Of a stretch of DNA of 64,000 bases, positions 18,682 to 28,921 are shown one piece after another. The position numbers were made by a program, and so were the translations under genes. The notes below the pieces were generated by a model. That model made no database searches, was not told the DNA's origin, and saw only the letters and a program-made list of their open reading frames with translations. The stretch's first letter is position 1. Every line of letters begins with the position of its first letter. Source of the stretch: Gammaproteobacteria bacterium (GTDB lineage: Bacteria; Pseudomonadota; Gammaproteobacteria; JACCYU01). The stretch covers positions 4,918 through 68,917 of the forward strand of contig JBOIDC010000004.1 of assembly GCA_050740315.1 (NCBI GenBank), in the 5' to 3' direction.

Positions 18682-21599
18682 ATGAGCATCGTTCCAAAAC
18701 ATCGTGGAGCTTCTTTTCACAAGTGTGATCTTCAAGTCCATACGCTCAGGGATGCGAATTGGAATGGGCCCTTTCATCGGCTGAATGACCGAGTAGCTTT
18801 TGCTCAGGCGCTGGTTGCCGACTGCCGGCGCAAGAGCATCGAAGCGATTGCGATCACGGACCATCACGATCTGTGCCTTTGGAGAATTATTCACGATGCT
18901 GCTCAGAATGAGCAGAAGCCGGCTGGTTCGGCAAACCAAGAAGAGGCTTCCCCTGTCGTTTTTCCTGGTGTTGAGCTCACCTTGTCCAACCCCGCTTGCC
19001 AAGCATTGCTGATACTCGATCCAGACTTGACTGACAAGACCCTAAACTACATTTGGGGCGCTCTCGGAGCGACTCCCTCGGGCGTGGACGAGGAAAAGAC
19101 AACTCAGACGGTTGCACTGCCCCTTAACAAGTCCATTGCAACGATCGCCCAAGCGCTCTCCCAAATTCGGCTTAACCCTGAGGAAGCAGATCCAAACAAG
19201 TTCAGATCGCTTAGAGGAAAATTCATATTGTTACCGAATGTGAAGTGTGGTGGACATAAGACGATCATGCGAAAAGGTAACCAGGCGGCTTATACCACGA
19301 TGCCGTTTGTGGGAGGCTACATTGAGGGATGCGAGTATTCATCAATTAATGTGGGAGACTGCAATATTCTTGAAGGACGAGTACAAGCTTGGGGATCAAA
19401 GAGTGTCGCCGTATTTCAGACCTCAGACTGCCGCGAGGCGAAAGTTGTCACTATCGATGGCAATAAGCACACCGATTTCATCAATCTCGGCAAGTGGCCG
19501 ACGTGGGTGAAATGGGCACAACCGTCAACGGAAGCCTTGCGACAGGCATGCTTGGCAAGGCAGTCACGGATCAGCCATACCGAGCCCAGCTACCCTCTTC
19601 TGCAGATCGTGGGGGTGAAGGTGAGTGACAGCCAGTTCCTCGGTCCAGTGGAACTCGGTCTCAGCCCGCAGTTCAATGCTTTTATCGGCGGGCGAGGCAC
19701 CGGTAAATCCTCGTTGATCGAGTACATTCGGTGGGCACTCTGCGATGACCCTGTGGAAGTTTCCGAAATGGTGGAGCTTCCAAATTTTCAAAAGCGCAGG
19801 AAAGCCCTGGTGGAAGCGACACTCAAACCATCCGGAGCGAAAGTGACTGTGTTTTACAAGAAAAACGAGGTCATCTACAAAATTGAAAGGACTATTACCG
19901 CCAAGGAGGACGCCATCGTGGTTGTGGATCCCTCTGGGGCGTCGCAGCAGATGTCGTCGGCTCAAGCTCGCAGACAATTTCCGGTTGTATCGTATGCCCA
20001 GAAGCAGCTAAGTTGCGTGGGTACTCTGCCGGACGAAATTAAACGGCTCATTACAGATCCTATCAGTGAGCGTCTGGCGCAGATTCAGGATCGAATTGAG
20101 ACCTCCATCCTTCCACAAATTAAAGAGCAGCGCGCAAGAGAACTACGTCTCGCCAGCCTGAACACACAGCTTGCCGACATCGCTACATCGCTCAAGGACA
20201 TAAAAGATCAGATTCACGCGCTTGAGATACAATTGCAGGATCTCGCGCCAGAGCAGCAGAGCATCATCTCGTCGCATGAGCTGCTGAGTCAGCAACATCA
20301 GTGGGTGAATCGCTCGGCGGAACTCCCGAGCAAGGTAGCAGAACTCTTGTTGCAGATGCGCCATCAGGTAAGTGCGCTAGGCAAGATTGATCTGCCCGAT
20401 GCCCTACCCAACTCGATACCGAACTCGATCCAAGTCGACGCGATCTCGGCGTCTGCCAACGCCTATGTGAAGAGAGTGCTGGATCAGTTAGATGCCTTGA
20501 TCGCTGATGCGCAATCCGGCAGCTGGCTCAACAAAGCAGATCGCCAAGCCTTAGAGCAACTCCAAAAAAAGCGTACGGTGCTCACCAACGGGAATACAAC
20601 GAATGCGTCAAAACGAGCGCGAAAAACCAGACGCAGATGGAGGAGATTCAAAAGCTCAACAAACAAGTCGGTGAACTCGAAGCCAAGCAGTCAGCGCTAG
20701 AAGCGGAGCGCAAGACTCTTATGGCAGTCTTTGACCGATTTGCTGACACGCCGTGGAAGGCTTTTATGGACGCGGTGCGTGAGCGCGCGAACGTCTTGAG
20801 GGACCAGTGCACCATCATTGGCGGGCAGGCTCAGTACGAATTCAAGCCGCACCTCGCTTTTTGTGGTGATGATCGTCAGGTCCGCGAGTCACTGTATAGC
20901 TTGGTGCAAAACAGAAACGTCAGAGACAGCGATCAGAAAGTAAGAGACTTGGCAGCTATTGTTACCTCTGCGGATCACCCGCTTCAGCGGTGGCGAGAGG
21001 TGGTGGCTGAGCTGGATGCGCTTCTGGCAAGCAAGGGCTCTAACGTACTGCCGCAGGCGCCACTATTTACAAGCTCAGGTTTCACGACAGCTAATCTTGA
21101 ATCAATTCGAAACGGGGTCACACAGGACGCGTTGGAGCAAATCCGTTTCTTGAACATCGACGATCGAATCGAATTCGTCTTTCGCATGGGCAAAAAGACA
21201 GATGGATCGGATAACTACATTCCTTTTGATTCTGCATCACCAGGACAGCAGGCTACGTGTCTGCTTCGCACGTTACTCGCGCAATCAGGTGCGCCCCTGC
21301 TGATAGATCAGCCCGAAGAAGATCTTGATAACGAGCAGATCCACCTGCTTTCCGAGCAAATTGCGGAAACCAAGCACAACAGGCAAATGCTGTTTGTAAG
21401 CCACAATGCAAATATCGTCGTCAACGGAGATGGGGAACTTATAGCCTGTTTCTGCTACCGCGACCCTAACGACAACACCCGCGGGAAGATCGAGCCGGTC
21501 GGCTCTATTGACTACGCTCCTGTGCGCGAAACTATTACATCAGTAATGGAAGGGGGCCGCCGGGCATTCGAATTACGCAAAGAAAAATATGGTTTTTGA
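18682..21599 (+). pseudogene. PHP-domain phosphoesterase fused to SMC/ABC-type coiled-coil ATPase (PplA-like / DndD-like), split by a frameshift around 20560-20640
   Basis: N-terminal PHP metal-ligand pattern (CDLQVHT...AIAITDHHD). Walker A FNAFIGGRGTGKSSL at ~aa 335; long coiled coil. The ABC signature SPGQQ, Walker B LLIDQPEEDLD and H-loop FVSHNANI lie in a second ORF (20637-21599) in a different frame. An A7 run sits at 20562-20568. Confidence 0.7.
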
Positions 21600-21740
21600 G
21601 CGCGGAACCATAAAGATTGACTACCTGATAATCGTGCCGCTAGTCGACGTACAGGAAACTTCCTTCGGTTGATAAGCTAAGAATAGCGAGTGATCGGATC
21701 GAGGCGGTTCCCAATTGGCGGCCGTTGTTAGCGATTCTCT

Positions 21741-21989
21741 ACTATGCCGTACTCGCGAGCTGACGAACATGCAATAACTCGCTGGATGTCAGCGGTTCGA
21801 TCTGAGATTCGCGCATGGTGACCACCGCAACGGTCTCCCCCACGGCGTTGAACACTTCCAAACTATAACCCGGTCCTGCTCAGATCGCCCCGGATGGTAT
21901 TCAACCACAGTCGCCACGTCTCCGGCGCGAAATCTATGCTCTGGCAAGTCCGTTTTCAGTGCTACTCGGGTAAATAGCTGGTATTTCAT
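21741..21989 (-). pseudogene. DUF4926-like small protein, frameshifted
   Basis: MKYQLFTRVALKTDLPEHRFRAGDVATVVEYHPG in one frame. GYSLEVFNAVGETVAVVTMRESQIEPL continues in another frame after an in-frame stop. Confidence 0.4.
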
Positions 21990-22001
21990 GTCTTGTCCAG
22001 A

Positions 22002-22322
22002 TTAAAGGGTGATGAACTTGGTCTTGCCGGTTCCTTCTTCAGTCATCCAAATCGTCGCGACGCGGAGAACATCGCCATTTGGTCCAGTTATGGCGCCGCG
22101 AATCATATACTTCGGACCATACTCCGTCTGATCGATCAATTCGGCTTCAATCGACAGCAGTTGCTCGCGTATATCATCGAGGAGTCTGTGTGAATTTTCG
22201 AGCGTGTAACCCGCCCGAGCTAATAACGCTGATTTGGCATCCGCTGACCGCCATTGAAGAAGATGGCTTGTAACCTTTTCGGTGGCAATGAGGGCACAGG
22301 TGGCAACCTCATCGGCCCTATC
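22002..22322 (-). CDS. DUF6883-like protein (partner of DUF4926; putative toxin-antitoxin-like pair); start codon unclear
   Basis: Translation ...ENSHRLLDDIREQLLSIEAELIDQTEYGPKYMIRGAITGPNGDVLRVATIWMTEEGTGKTKFITL matches the DUF6883 C-terminal pattern. The ORF is open right up to the stop of the upstream desulfurase gene, with no canonical in-frame start. Confidence 0.4.
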   Translation of the reverse strand, partial: DRADEVATCALIATEKVTSHLLQWRSADAKSALLARAGYTLENSHRLLDDIREQLLSIEAELIDQTEYGPKYMIRGAITGPNGDVLRVATIWMTEEGTGKTKFITL

Positions 22323-23453
22323 TCAGCCACGAAGGTCCTGAGCCGCTTGCTTCACGACAGCCGCAGTCAAATCAATCTCGTGAGCCTGCTTCATAGCGTT
22401 GAGTGAAAAACGAACCATTTGCCGTGCGGCCGGCTGATTCGGCTTCATTGCCTTAACAACATGCGACGGTTCGTCGGAATCAGCCAAGCAAGCCGACCCT
22501 CCCGACGCGCAAATACCCGCTTGGTCAAATAGTAGCAACAATGCTTCGGATTCAACGCCGTGGAAGGTAATATTGGTCGTGTTTGCCAGCCGCTGAATCT
22601 TATGCCCATTCAGCTCGGTATCCGGTACCGAGTCCAGAATACTTTCCTCTAAAGTATCGCGGAGCGGGCGCACTTTCTTCTCATAACTCGGCAAGCTCTT
22701 ACGCGCGAGTTCGGCGGCTCTGCCCATGCCGACGATCAAGGCGACGTTTTCCGTACCGCCACGCCGATTACGCTCCTGGTGTCCGCCGTGGACAAACGGC
22801 AAAAACGGTGTCTTACGGCGGACGTATAATGCGCCTATTCCCTTCGGTGCGTGGAATTTGTGGCCGGTGAGCGACAAATAATCGGTCTGCACCTCGCGCA
22901 CATCAATATCGATTTTACCAACGGCCTGTACCGCGTCGCAGTGGTATAAGACCCCTCGCGAGCGGCAAATGTCAGCTATCGCGTTCACCGGGAATAGCAC
23001 TCCGGTTTCATTATTCGCCCACATGAGCGAGACCACAGCCGTTTCATCCGAAATCGCGTTCGCCAAATCCGCCAGCTTCAAGACACCGTCGTAATCCACC
23101 GGCAGATAAGTTACCCGATAGCCCTCGCGCTCGAGCGCCATACAGTAGTTCAGCACCGAGGAATGCTCGACCGCTGATGTGACGATGTGCCGTTTGCTCG
23201 GATTGGCTTTCAGCGCCGCAAGGATGGCCGAATTATTGCTCTCCGTCGCGCAAGACGTGAAAACGATCTCCAGCGGGTGTGCTCCGATCAGCTCTGCGAC
23301 CCGCGCCCTGGCCGTCTCGACCGCCGTCTTCAGCTTCGACCCAAACTTATAGCTGCTGGATGGATTGCCCCACTCAGATGTGAAGTAAGGCATCATCGAG
23401 TCCAGCACTTCCGGGGACACCGAAGTAGTTGCATTACTATCAAGGTAAATCAT
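22323..23453 (-). CDS. Cysteine desulfurase (class V aminotransferase, IscS/NifS/DndA-like), stand-alone
   Basis: MIYLDSNATT N-terminus, PLP-lysine region SLTGHKFHAPKGIGALYV, active-site SGGSAC. No iscU/iscA/hscBA follow. Confidence 0.9.
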   Translation of the reverse strand: MIYLDSNATTSVSPEVLDSMMPYFTSEWGNPSSSYKFGSKLKTAVETARARVAELIGAHPLEIVFTSCATESNNSAILAALKANPSKRHIVTSAVEHSSVLNYCMALEREGYRVTYLPVDYDGVLKLADLANAISDETAVVSLMWANNETGVLFPVNAIADICRSRGVLYHCDAVQAVGKIDIDVREVQTDYLSLTGHKFHAPKGIGALYVRRKTPFLPFVHGGHQERNRRGGTENVALIVGMGRAAELARKSLPSYEKKVRPLRDTLEESILDSVPDTELNGHKIQRLANTTNITFHGVESEALLLLFDQAGICASGGSACLADSDEPSHVVKAMKPNQPAARQMVRFSLNAMKQAHEIDLTAAVVKQAAQDLRG

Positions 23454-23745
23454 ATTCCCCTTACAAGTAATTAATCCAAACTCGGTCGACGGCACCCGCA
23501 GCTCGCCCCCGAGCTCACGGTCGGCCGCGACCTCGGATTCGATGGGCAGTTTATGTCAGGGACACCTTGGCCCTGATCCTAAACCCATTGCGCGAGTGCC
23601 GACGGCGTTCAGCGTCGAACGGGGCCTCAGTGCCCCTATTAGCCTCGGCATAGTTTATCCCACGTTCGGTGGCCTATTTGAGCGAATGCAATACGGTCAT
23701 GGGCATTGAAAACTCACGGTACTAGCCGCAGTTCACCTCCGCAAC

Positions 23746-24390
23746 TCAAGCGATACCCTTCATGGCTCTCGCCGTCATCAATCCCCACAGCCAGTTGATC
23801 TTGTAGCGTTCGATCTCCACCTGGGCGTGCCCGGTTTCCTGCAAAAGTCGCGCGCATTCCCGCTCCGCGTAAGTCTTGAAATGCGCGCGGCTGAACCAGC
23901 GCAGATACAGATCGCAGAGACGGCAAGCCAGGTAGTCATCGCACCAGTCAGTGATGATCAGCCGGCCGCCCGGGCGCAGCACGCGATCCATCTCGTGCAA
24001 CGCCTCGACGGGCTGTCGGATGTAGTGAAATACGTTGCACGAGACGACGACATCGAATTGTTGCGCTTCGAAGGGTAGCCGCTCCGCCCAGCCTTCACGC
24101 AGATCGACCGAGTCCGAAAGCCGCCGCCGCGCAACATCGAGCATCTCCCGCACGGGATCGACGCCGGCCAATTGCGCGCGCGGGTGAGTACCAATAAGGC
24201 GATCGAGCAAAACGCCGGTACCGCAGCCGACATCGAGCACGCGGTCGCGTGGGCCCAGCCGCAGACGCGCCAGTGTCTCTTCGATCGTGGCCTCGATATA
24301 GAACCGCCACCTCTTGTCGTAATCGCTTGCGAGTCGTGCGTATTCCTCGACTATCGGCTCGCGCGATCGACGCCGCCGGGGCTTAGCCAT
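23746..24390 (-). CDS. Class I SAM-dependent methyltransferase (UbiE/COQ5-like, type 11)
   Basis: VLDVGCGTGV motif I, DVVVSCNVFHY, LRPGGRLII. Confidence 0.8.
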   Translation of the reverse strand: MAKPRRRRSREPIVEEYARLASDYDKRWRFYIEATIEETLARLRLGPRDRVLDVGCGTGVLLDRLIGTHPRAQLAGVDPVREMLDVARRRLSDSVDLREGWAERLPFEAQQFDVVVSCNVFHYIRQPVEALHEMDRVLRPGGRLIITDWCDDYLACRLCDLYLRWFSRAHFKTYAERECARLLQETGHAQVEIERYKINWLWGLMTARAMKGIA

Positions 24391-24545
24391 CGCCGGTGTA
24401 TTTCAACGCGCTCGACGCCGGGATGACGCGTCCGCTCAATTTCGCTGCGAGTTTTGTGCGGTACGGCATGCAGCGGTTTTCATCGGCAACATCCAATCTT
24501 TCAAAAGTAAGGTATATAGTACTTGTCCATACGCAAACATCCGGC

Positions 24546-25151
24546 ATGCGGCGCCATAAAAGCTTGAGCATTACTCGCCTCGGTTTAATCTTCGTTTGGG
24601 CCGGAGCAATCCTGTTCCTCGGGCCGGGTTGCGACCCGGAGACGGCTACCGACCGCGAACCCGCGGGCGCCAACGCCGATGCGGATCACGACGCAGCGGG
24701 CAAGAAAACCGCAGCGTCCAAACAGGCCGCGGCGGTGTTCGATGCGAGCTTCCACAAACTCGAAGACTGGAACCAGATGCAATCGCTCTCGAAATGGCGC
24801 GGCCAGTATCTGGTGCTGAATTTTTGGGCGACCTGGTGCAAGTCCTGCCACCACGAAGTGCCGGAGCTGAACAAGCTCTACAACCAGTTCAAGGACAAAA
24901 ATACCGTGGTCGTGGGTCTTGCCGTGGATAATGCCGACAAGGTCAAAGATTATGCGGCGAAATATGGCGTCGATTATCCGATCCTCGTGGGCGGTAACGA
25001 GGCGCTGGAATTATCGAAAAAGATGGGCAACAAGGTCGTCGGACTGCCCTTCACGATCATGATCACGCCGCAAGGCGAAGTGGTCGAGACCATTCTCGGC
25101 GCCACCGAGAAAGGCACTCTGCCCAAGGTTCTCACGCCGCATCTAATGTGA
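24546..25151 (+). CDS. TlpA/ResA-like periplasmic thiol:disulfide oxidoreductase (thioredoxin fold), probable lipoprotein
   Basis: Signal peptide ...AILFLGPGC, WATWCKSC active site. Likely start is the internal ATG at 24546. Confidence 0.8.
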   Translation: MRRHKSLSITRLGLIFVWAGAILFLGPGCDPETATDREPAGANADADHDAAGKKTAASKQAAAVFDASFHKLEDWNQMQSLSKWRGQYLVLNFWATWCKSCHHEVPELNKLYNQFKDKNTVVVGLAVDNADKVKDYAAKYGVDYPILVGGNEALELSKKMGNKVVGLPFTIMITPQGEVVETILGATEKGTLPKVLTPHLM

Positions 25152-25189
25152 GACTTCGGGCATTCAAACCCAAACAGGAGGTAACCGTT

Positions 25190-26731
25190 ATGCGACTATT
25201 AAAAATTCCGACTGCCAATACGCGCAGGGCGAGTCCCAGGGTATTGGCGGCGGCCTTCGGCGTAGGGCTTGGGGTCGCCGTGTCGGGCGCGGCGCTCGCC
25301 AAGGACTACCCAACCGTCACAGTGGTTGATCCGTCGCCGGTGAACTGGCTTTGGATAACGTGGAACACCATGGAAGAAGCGGTGCGCGTGGACTACAACG
25401 GCCACACGCAACCCGCGCTGGCGGAGAGCTGGGAATGGAAAGATAACCAAACGCTGACGCTAGACATGCGCGACGACGCGGTGTTTCAGGACGGCAGCGC
25501 GTTCGATCCCGCGGTGTTCAAGCGCAGCTTCGACGAGGTGCAGAAGTGGGAAAACCCGCATCCGCCGGGCGCCTGGCTGAATTTCTCCAAGCAGGCCAGC
25601 ATGGAGACGCCGGATGATGACACGGTGGTGTTCAACACCGCGATGGTCGACGGCACCACCATCACCAAACTGCGCGGCATGCACGTCGGCAGCCAGAAGT
25701 TCTGGGGGCAGGGCGGTTTCAACACCGCCGAAGGCTCATCCGAAGGGAATTGGTGAGTCATCAAAGAACCCGGTCCGTGGGGGACTGGGCCATTTGAACT
25801 GGTAGCAGGTACGTCGTTGCTCGACAAGCGTTCTCCCGAAGTTGTGCTGGAGCCCAATGAAGAATACTGGAATCCGGCGCGTAAACCGACGGTGCGCGTG
25901 GTGTTCGACAATGTTATTCCGAAGGCCGAGGCCGTGAAAGACGTCGGCAGCGCGGACGGCGAGATCGATATTGTCACTGAACTGACACCGGCCGAGGCCC
26001 AGCAGGTGGAAGACAGCGATGCCGCAAATGTGGTCGCGAGCGACTCGAAGACCGTGCTGCTCGGGGTCTTCAATCAGACCAGCGGCGATTCCAAATGGAA
26101 TGACGTCAATCTGCGCAAGGCGGTCAACTACGCGGTGGATCGGCAAGGCGTCATCGATGACGCGATGATGGGTTACGGCAATCTCATGCCGGCCACCATC
26201 CTCGAAGGGAATTTCGGTTACAACGATAGTCTGGAGCCTTATGCGCATGACCCGGAGCAGGCCAGGCGGCTTGCGAAGGACGCCGACAAGACCGTCACCA
26301 TCGTGACCGACGAAGCGCACAAGGGCGTGGCCGATGCCGTGGCCGCGGATCTGAACGCCGCCGGTTTCGACGCGACCGTTAAGGTCGGAGAGCCTGCAGG
26401 CGAGTGGGACATCTGGCTAGTCGAGCACTTCGACTGGTCGCCGGAGTTCCCCGCCGCCGTGGTGCATCGCGAGTTCTTCGGCGACACGGGCGGGTTCCTC
26501 AAGTCACCGGGCGACAAGCAACTACAGGGCTTGATCGATCAGGCGATGAGTACCGTCGATAAGGACGAGCAGGAAGAAATCACGCAGGCGATCGAGAAAC
26601 ACATCTACGATCACGCCGATGCGCTGTTGCTGTTCGCGCCGCAAAAACTCTACGCGGTGCGCGACGGCGTGGACTTCACGCCTTACAAGTCCACGGTGCT
26701 GGAACTGGCGGAGACCATGGTGGACGAGTAA
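25190..26731 (+). pseudogene. ABC transporter substrate-binding protein, family 5 (peptide/nickel/opine type) with a single in-frame TGA at 25754-25756. Either a nonsense pseudogene or, less likely, a UGA-Sec readthrough.
   Basis: AGGAGG ribosome-binding site then ATG 25190. Signal peptide; family-5 motifs (ALAESWEW..., GTGPFEL, EPNEEYW). The reading frame is continuous across the TGA, and ORFs 25148-25756 and 25817-26731 are in the same frame. Total ~513 codons, normal for the family. Confidence 0.6.
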
Positions 26732-26840
26732 GGATGTGGCTGCGGCAACAACCGTCTGGCCCTCGCACGGGGCCAGATTTTTTTCAGCCTTGGGTGGTTG
26801 CGAACTCGCGTAAGGCAGACCGCCCGGCCGGGAGATTGAA

Positions 26841-28793
26841 TTGATCATCGGCACTGCGGGTCATATCGATCACGGCAAGACCGCGCTCATCAAGGCATTG
26901 ACCGGCATCGACGCGGACCGCCTGGCCGAAGAGAAACGGCGCGGCATGACGATCGATCTGGGCTACGCGTATCACGAGCTGCCGGACGGCAATGTGATGG
27001 GCTTCGTGGATGTGCCCGGGCACGAGAAGTTCGTACACAACATGCTGTCGGGCGCGCTGGGTATCGACTATGTGCTGCTGGTGATCGCGGCCGATGACGG
27101 GCCGATGCCGCAGACTCGCGAACATCTGGCGATCGTCGATCTGCTGGCGATGAAGGAGGGTGTCGTGGCGCTTTCGAAAATCGATCTGGTCACACCGGCG
27201 CACATTGAAGAGACCGAACACGCGATACGCTCGATGCTGGCGGGCACGAGTCTCGCGGGAGCCGACGTTATGCGCGTATCCACGAAGAGCGGCTCTGGCC
27301 TCGATGCGCTTTACAAGCGGCTGGCGGAAGTCGCGAGAATACAATCACCCCGCGCCAGTAGCGGCCAATTCAGGCTGGCGGTGGATCGCTCATTCAGCGT
27401 GCGAGGCGCGGGCACCGTCGTGACCGGCACCGTGCATGCTGGCACGGTGCGCCCGGACGATCGTCTGACGGTTTCGCCGGCCGGCCTGAGCGCGCGGGTG
27501 CGCAGCATTCGCTGCCAGAACAAACAAACCAGTCTCGGACGGGCGGGCGATCGCTGCGCACTGAACCTGGCTGGCGCGAACCTTGATGCGCGGGCCATAC
27601 AGCGTGGCGACTGGATTCTCGCGCCGGTTCTGCACCGGCCTTCCGCGCGGCTCGATTGCCGGCTGCATATCTTGCTTTCGGAACCACGTCCGCTGCGCCA
27701 CTGGACGCCGGTGCATGTGCACGTCGGCGCGGCGGATATTAGCGGTCGCGTCGCGGTTCTGGAGAAGGAATCCATCGATCCCGGCGCGTCTGGGCTGGTA
27801 CAAATCGTACTGGACAAACCGATACCGGCGCTGCACGGCGACCGATTGATACTGCGCGATCAGTCGGCGCTGCGCACGGTTGGCGGCGGCTACGTGCTCG
27901 ATCCGACGCCGCCCGCGCGCGGGCGGCGCAAGCCGTATCGACTAGCGTCGCTTGCGGCGCTCGAACAACCGGCGCCCGCTGAGGCGCTCGAACGTCTGCT
28001 CGACCTGCGAGGCGCTACAGGACTGGATCTGGACTGGTTCGGCTTTGTCTGGAATCTGCGCGCTGAAGAATTCTACCGCCTTCAAAGCACGTGCGAGTTC
28101 CATGTCTTCGAAGCTACGGGAAATCGTACAGGCATCAAGTTTGCCGCCTGGCAGGCGCTGCGGAACGACGTTATCGAAGCGCTTGCCGAGCACCATCGGC
28201 GCGCACCGAATGAAACCGGCATCACCGAGGGCAAGCTCCGGCAGCTGCTGCGCGACCAGGCACCCGGCGCTTTGGTGAAGCTTGCGGTCAATGAATTGAT
28301 CGCCGAAGGTGCGATCCTGCGTCACGGCGCGCTGTTGCATCTGCCGGGGCATGTCGATCGCCTGTCGCCGATCGAGGAAAACCTGTGGCGGCGGTTGTAT
28401 GCGAAGATCGACGCGGGCGGACTGCGACCGCCCCGCCCGCGCGAGCTGGCCGAAATGTTCCGGGAGGATCGGACGCGCATCAAGGCGTTGCTCAAGCGCC
28501 AGGCGAAAGCCGGAAAAATCTGCGAGATTTCCGACGAGCTTTATTACCCGCTGCACACCATCGCCGAACTGGCCGCCACGACCGAGGCGCTTTGCAATGC
28601 GCAAAACGGCAACCCCATCACCATGCGCATCTTCCGCGAGGGCACGGGCATCGACCGTAACGTCACCATCGAGGTGCTGGAATATTTCGACCGCGTGGGC
28701 CTGACCTTGCGCGTCAATAACGGACGGCGGCTGCAGGGGACCGCGGCCGCAATCTTCGGCGCGCGGGACTCGAATCGGGTGGCGCGCTTATAA
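26841..28793 (+). CDS. selB: Selenocysteine-specific elongation factor SelB (TTG start)
   Basis: MIIGTAGHIDHGKT..., DVPGHEKF, then C-terminal winged-helix domains ending ...ILEYFDRVGLT. Collinear with E. coli SelB as recalled. GGAG lies 7 nt upstream of the TTG. Confidence 0.92.
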   Translation: MIIGTAGHIDHGKTALIKALTGIDADRLAEEKRRGMTIDLGYAYHELPDGNVMGFVDVPGHEKFVHNMLSGALGIDYVLLVIAADDGPMPQTREHLAIVDLLAMKEGVVALSKIDLVTPAHIEETEHAIRSMLAGTSLAGADVMRVSTKSGSGLDALYKRLAEVARIQSPRASSGQFRLAVDRSFSVRGAGTVVTGTVHAGTVRPDDRLTVSPAGLSARVRSIRCQNKQTSLGRAGDRCALNLAGANLDARAIQRGDWILAPVLHRPSARLDCRLHILLSEPRPLRHWTPVHVHVGAADISGRVAVLEKESIDPGASGLVQIVLDKPIPALHGDRLILRDQSALRTVGGGYVLDPTPPARGRRKPYRLASLAALEQPAPAEALERLLDLRGATGLDLDWFGFVWNLRAEEFYRLQSTCEFHVFEATGNRTGIKFAAWQALRNDVIEALAEHHRRAPNETGITEGKLRQLLRDQAPGALVKLAVNELIAEGAILRHGALLHLPGHVDRLSPIEENLWRRLYAKIDAGGLRPPRPRELAEMFREDRTRIKALLKRQAKAGKICEISDELYYPLHTIAELAATTEALCNAQNGNPITMRIFREGTGIDRNVTIEVLEYFDRVGLTLRVNNGRRLQGTAAAIFGARDSNRVARL

Positions 28794-28803
28794 TCGCAAG
28801 AAT

Positions 28804-28900
28804 GGAAGAGATTCGATCCCCGGTGGGGCGTCCGGACTTCAAATCCGGGAGGGGCCGTCACGCGGTCCTTGGTGGGTTCGACTCCCACTCTCTTCCGCCA
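28804..28900 (+). tRNA. selC: tRNA-Sec (selC), anticodon UCA
   Basis: 97 nt: GGAAGAG...GGACTTCAAATCC...long variable arm...GGTTCGACTCC...CTCTTCCGCCA. Near-identical architecture to E. coli selC. Confidence 0.9.
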
Positions 28901-28921
28901 TTGTGAATCCCGGAATTCCGC

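Larger units (their letters stand above)
16210..23745. mobile_element. Lower-GC genomic island (~7.5 kb) carrying a sulfur-modification/defence-like gene set. No integrase recognised.
   Basis: Composition is visibly AT-richer than the flanks (~50-55% vs ~65-70% GC by eye). Gene content is non-core (DndC-like, HNH, PHP-ATPase, DUF6883/DUF4926, cysteine desulfurase). Non-coding borders lie at 16206-16447 and 23496-23745. Confidence 0.6.

Noticed and set aside
25754-25800. Calling the SBP a bona fide selenoprotein
   Set aside because: Kept as a question, not a call. There is no redox Cys partner near the UGA and the family is not known to contain selenoproteins. A loose hairpin is expected by chance in GC-rich DNA.
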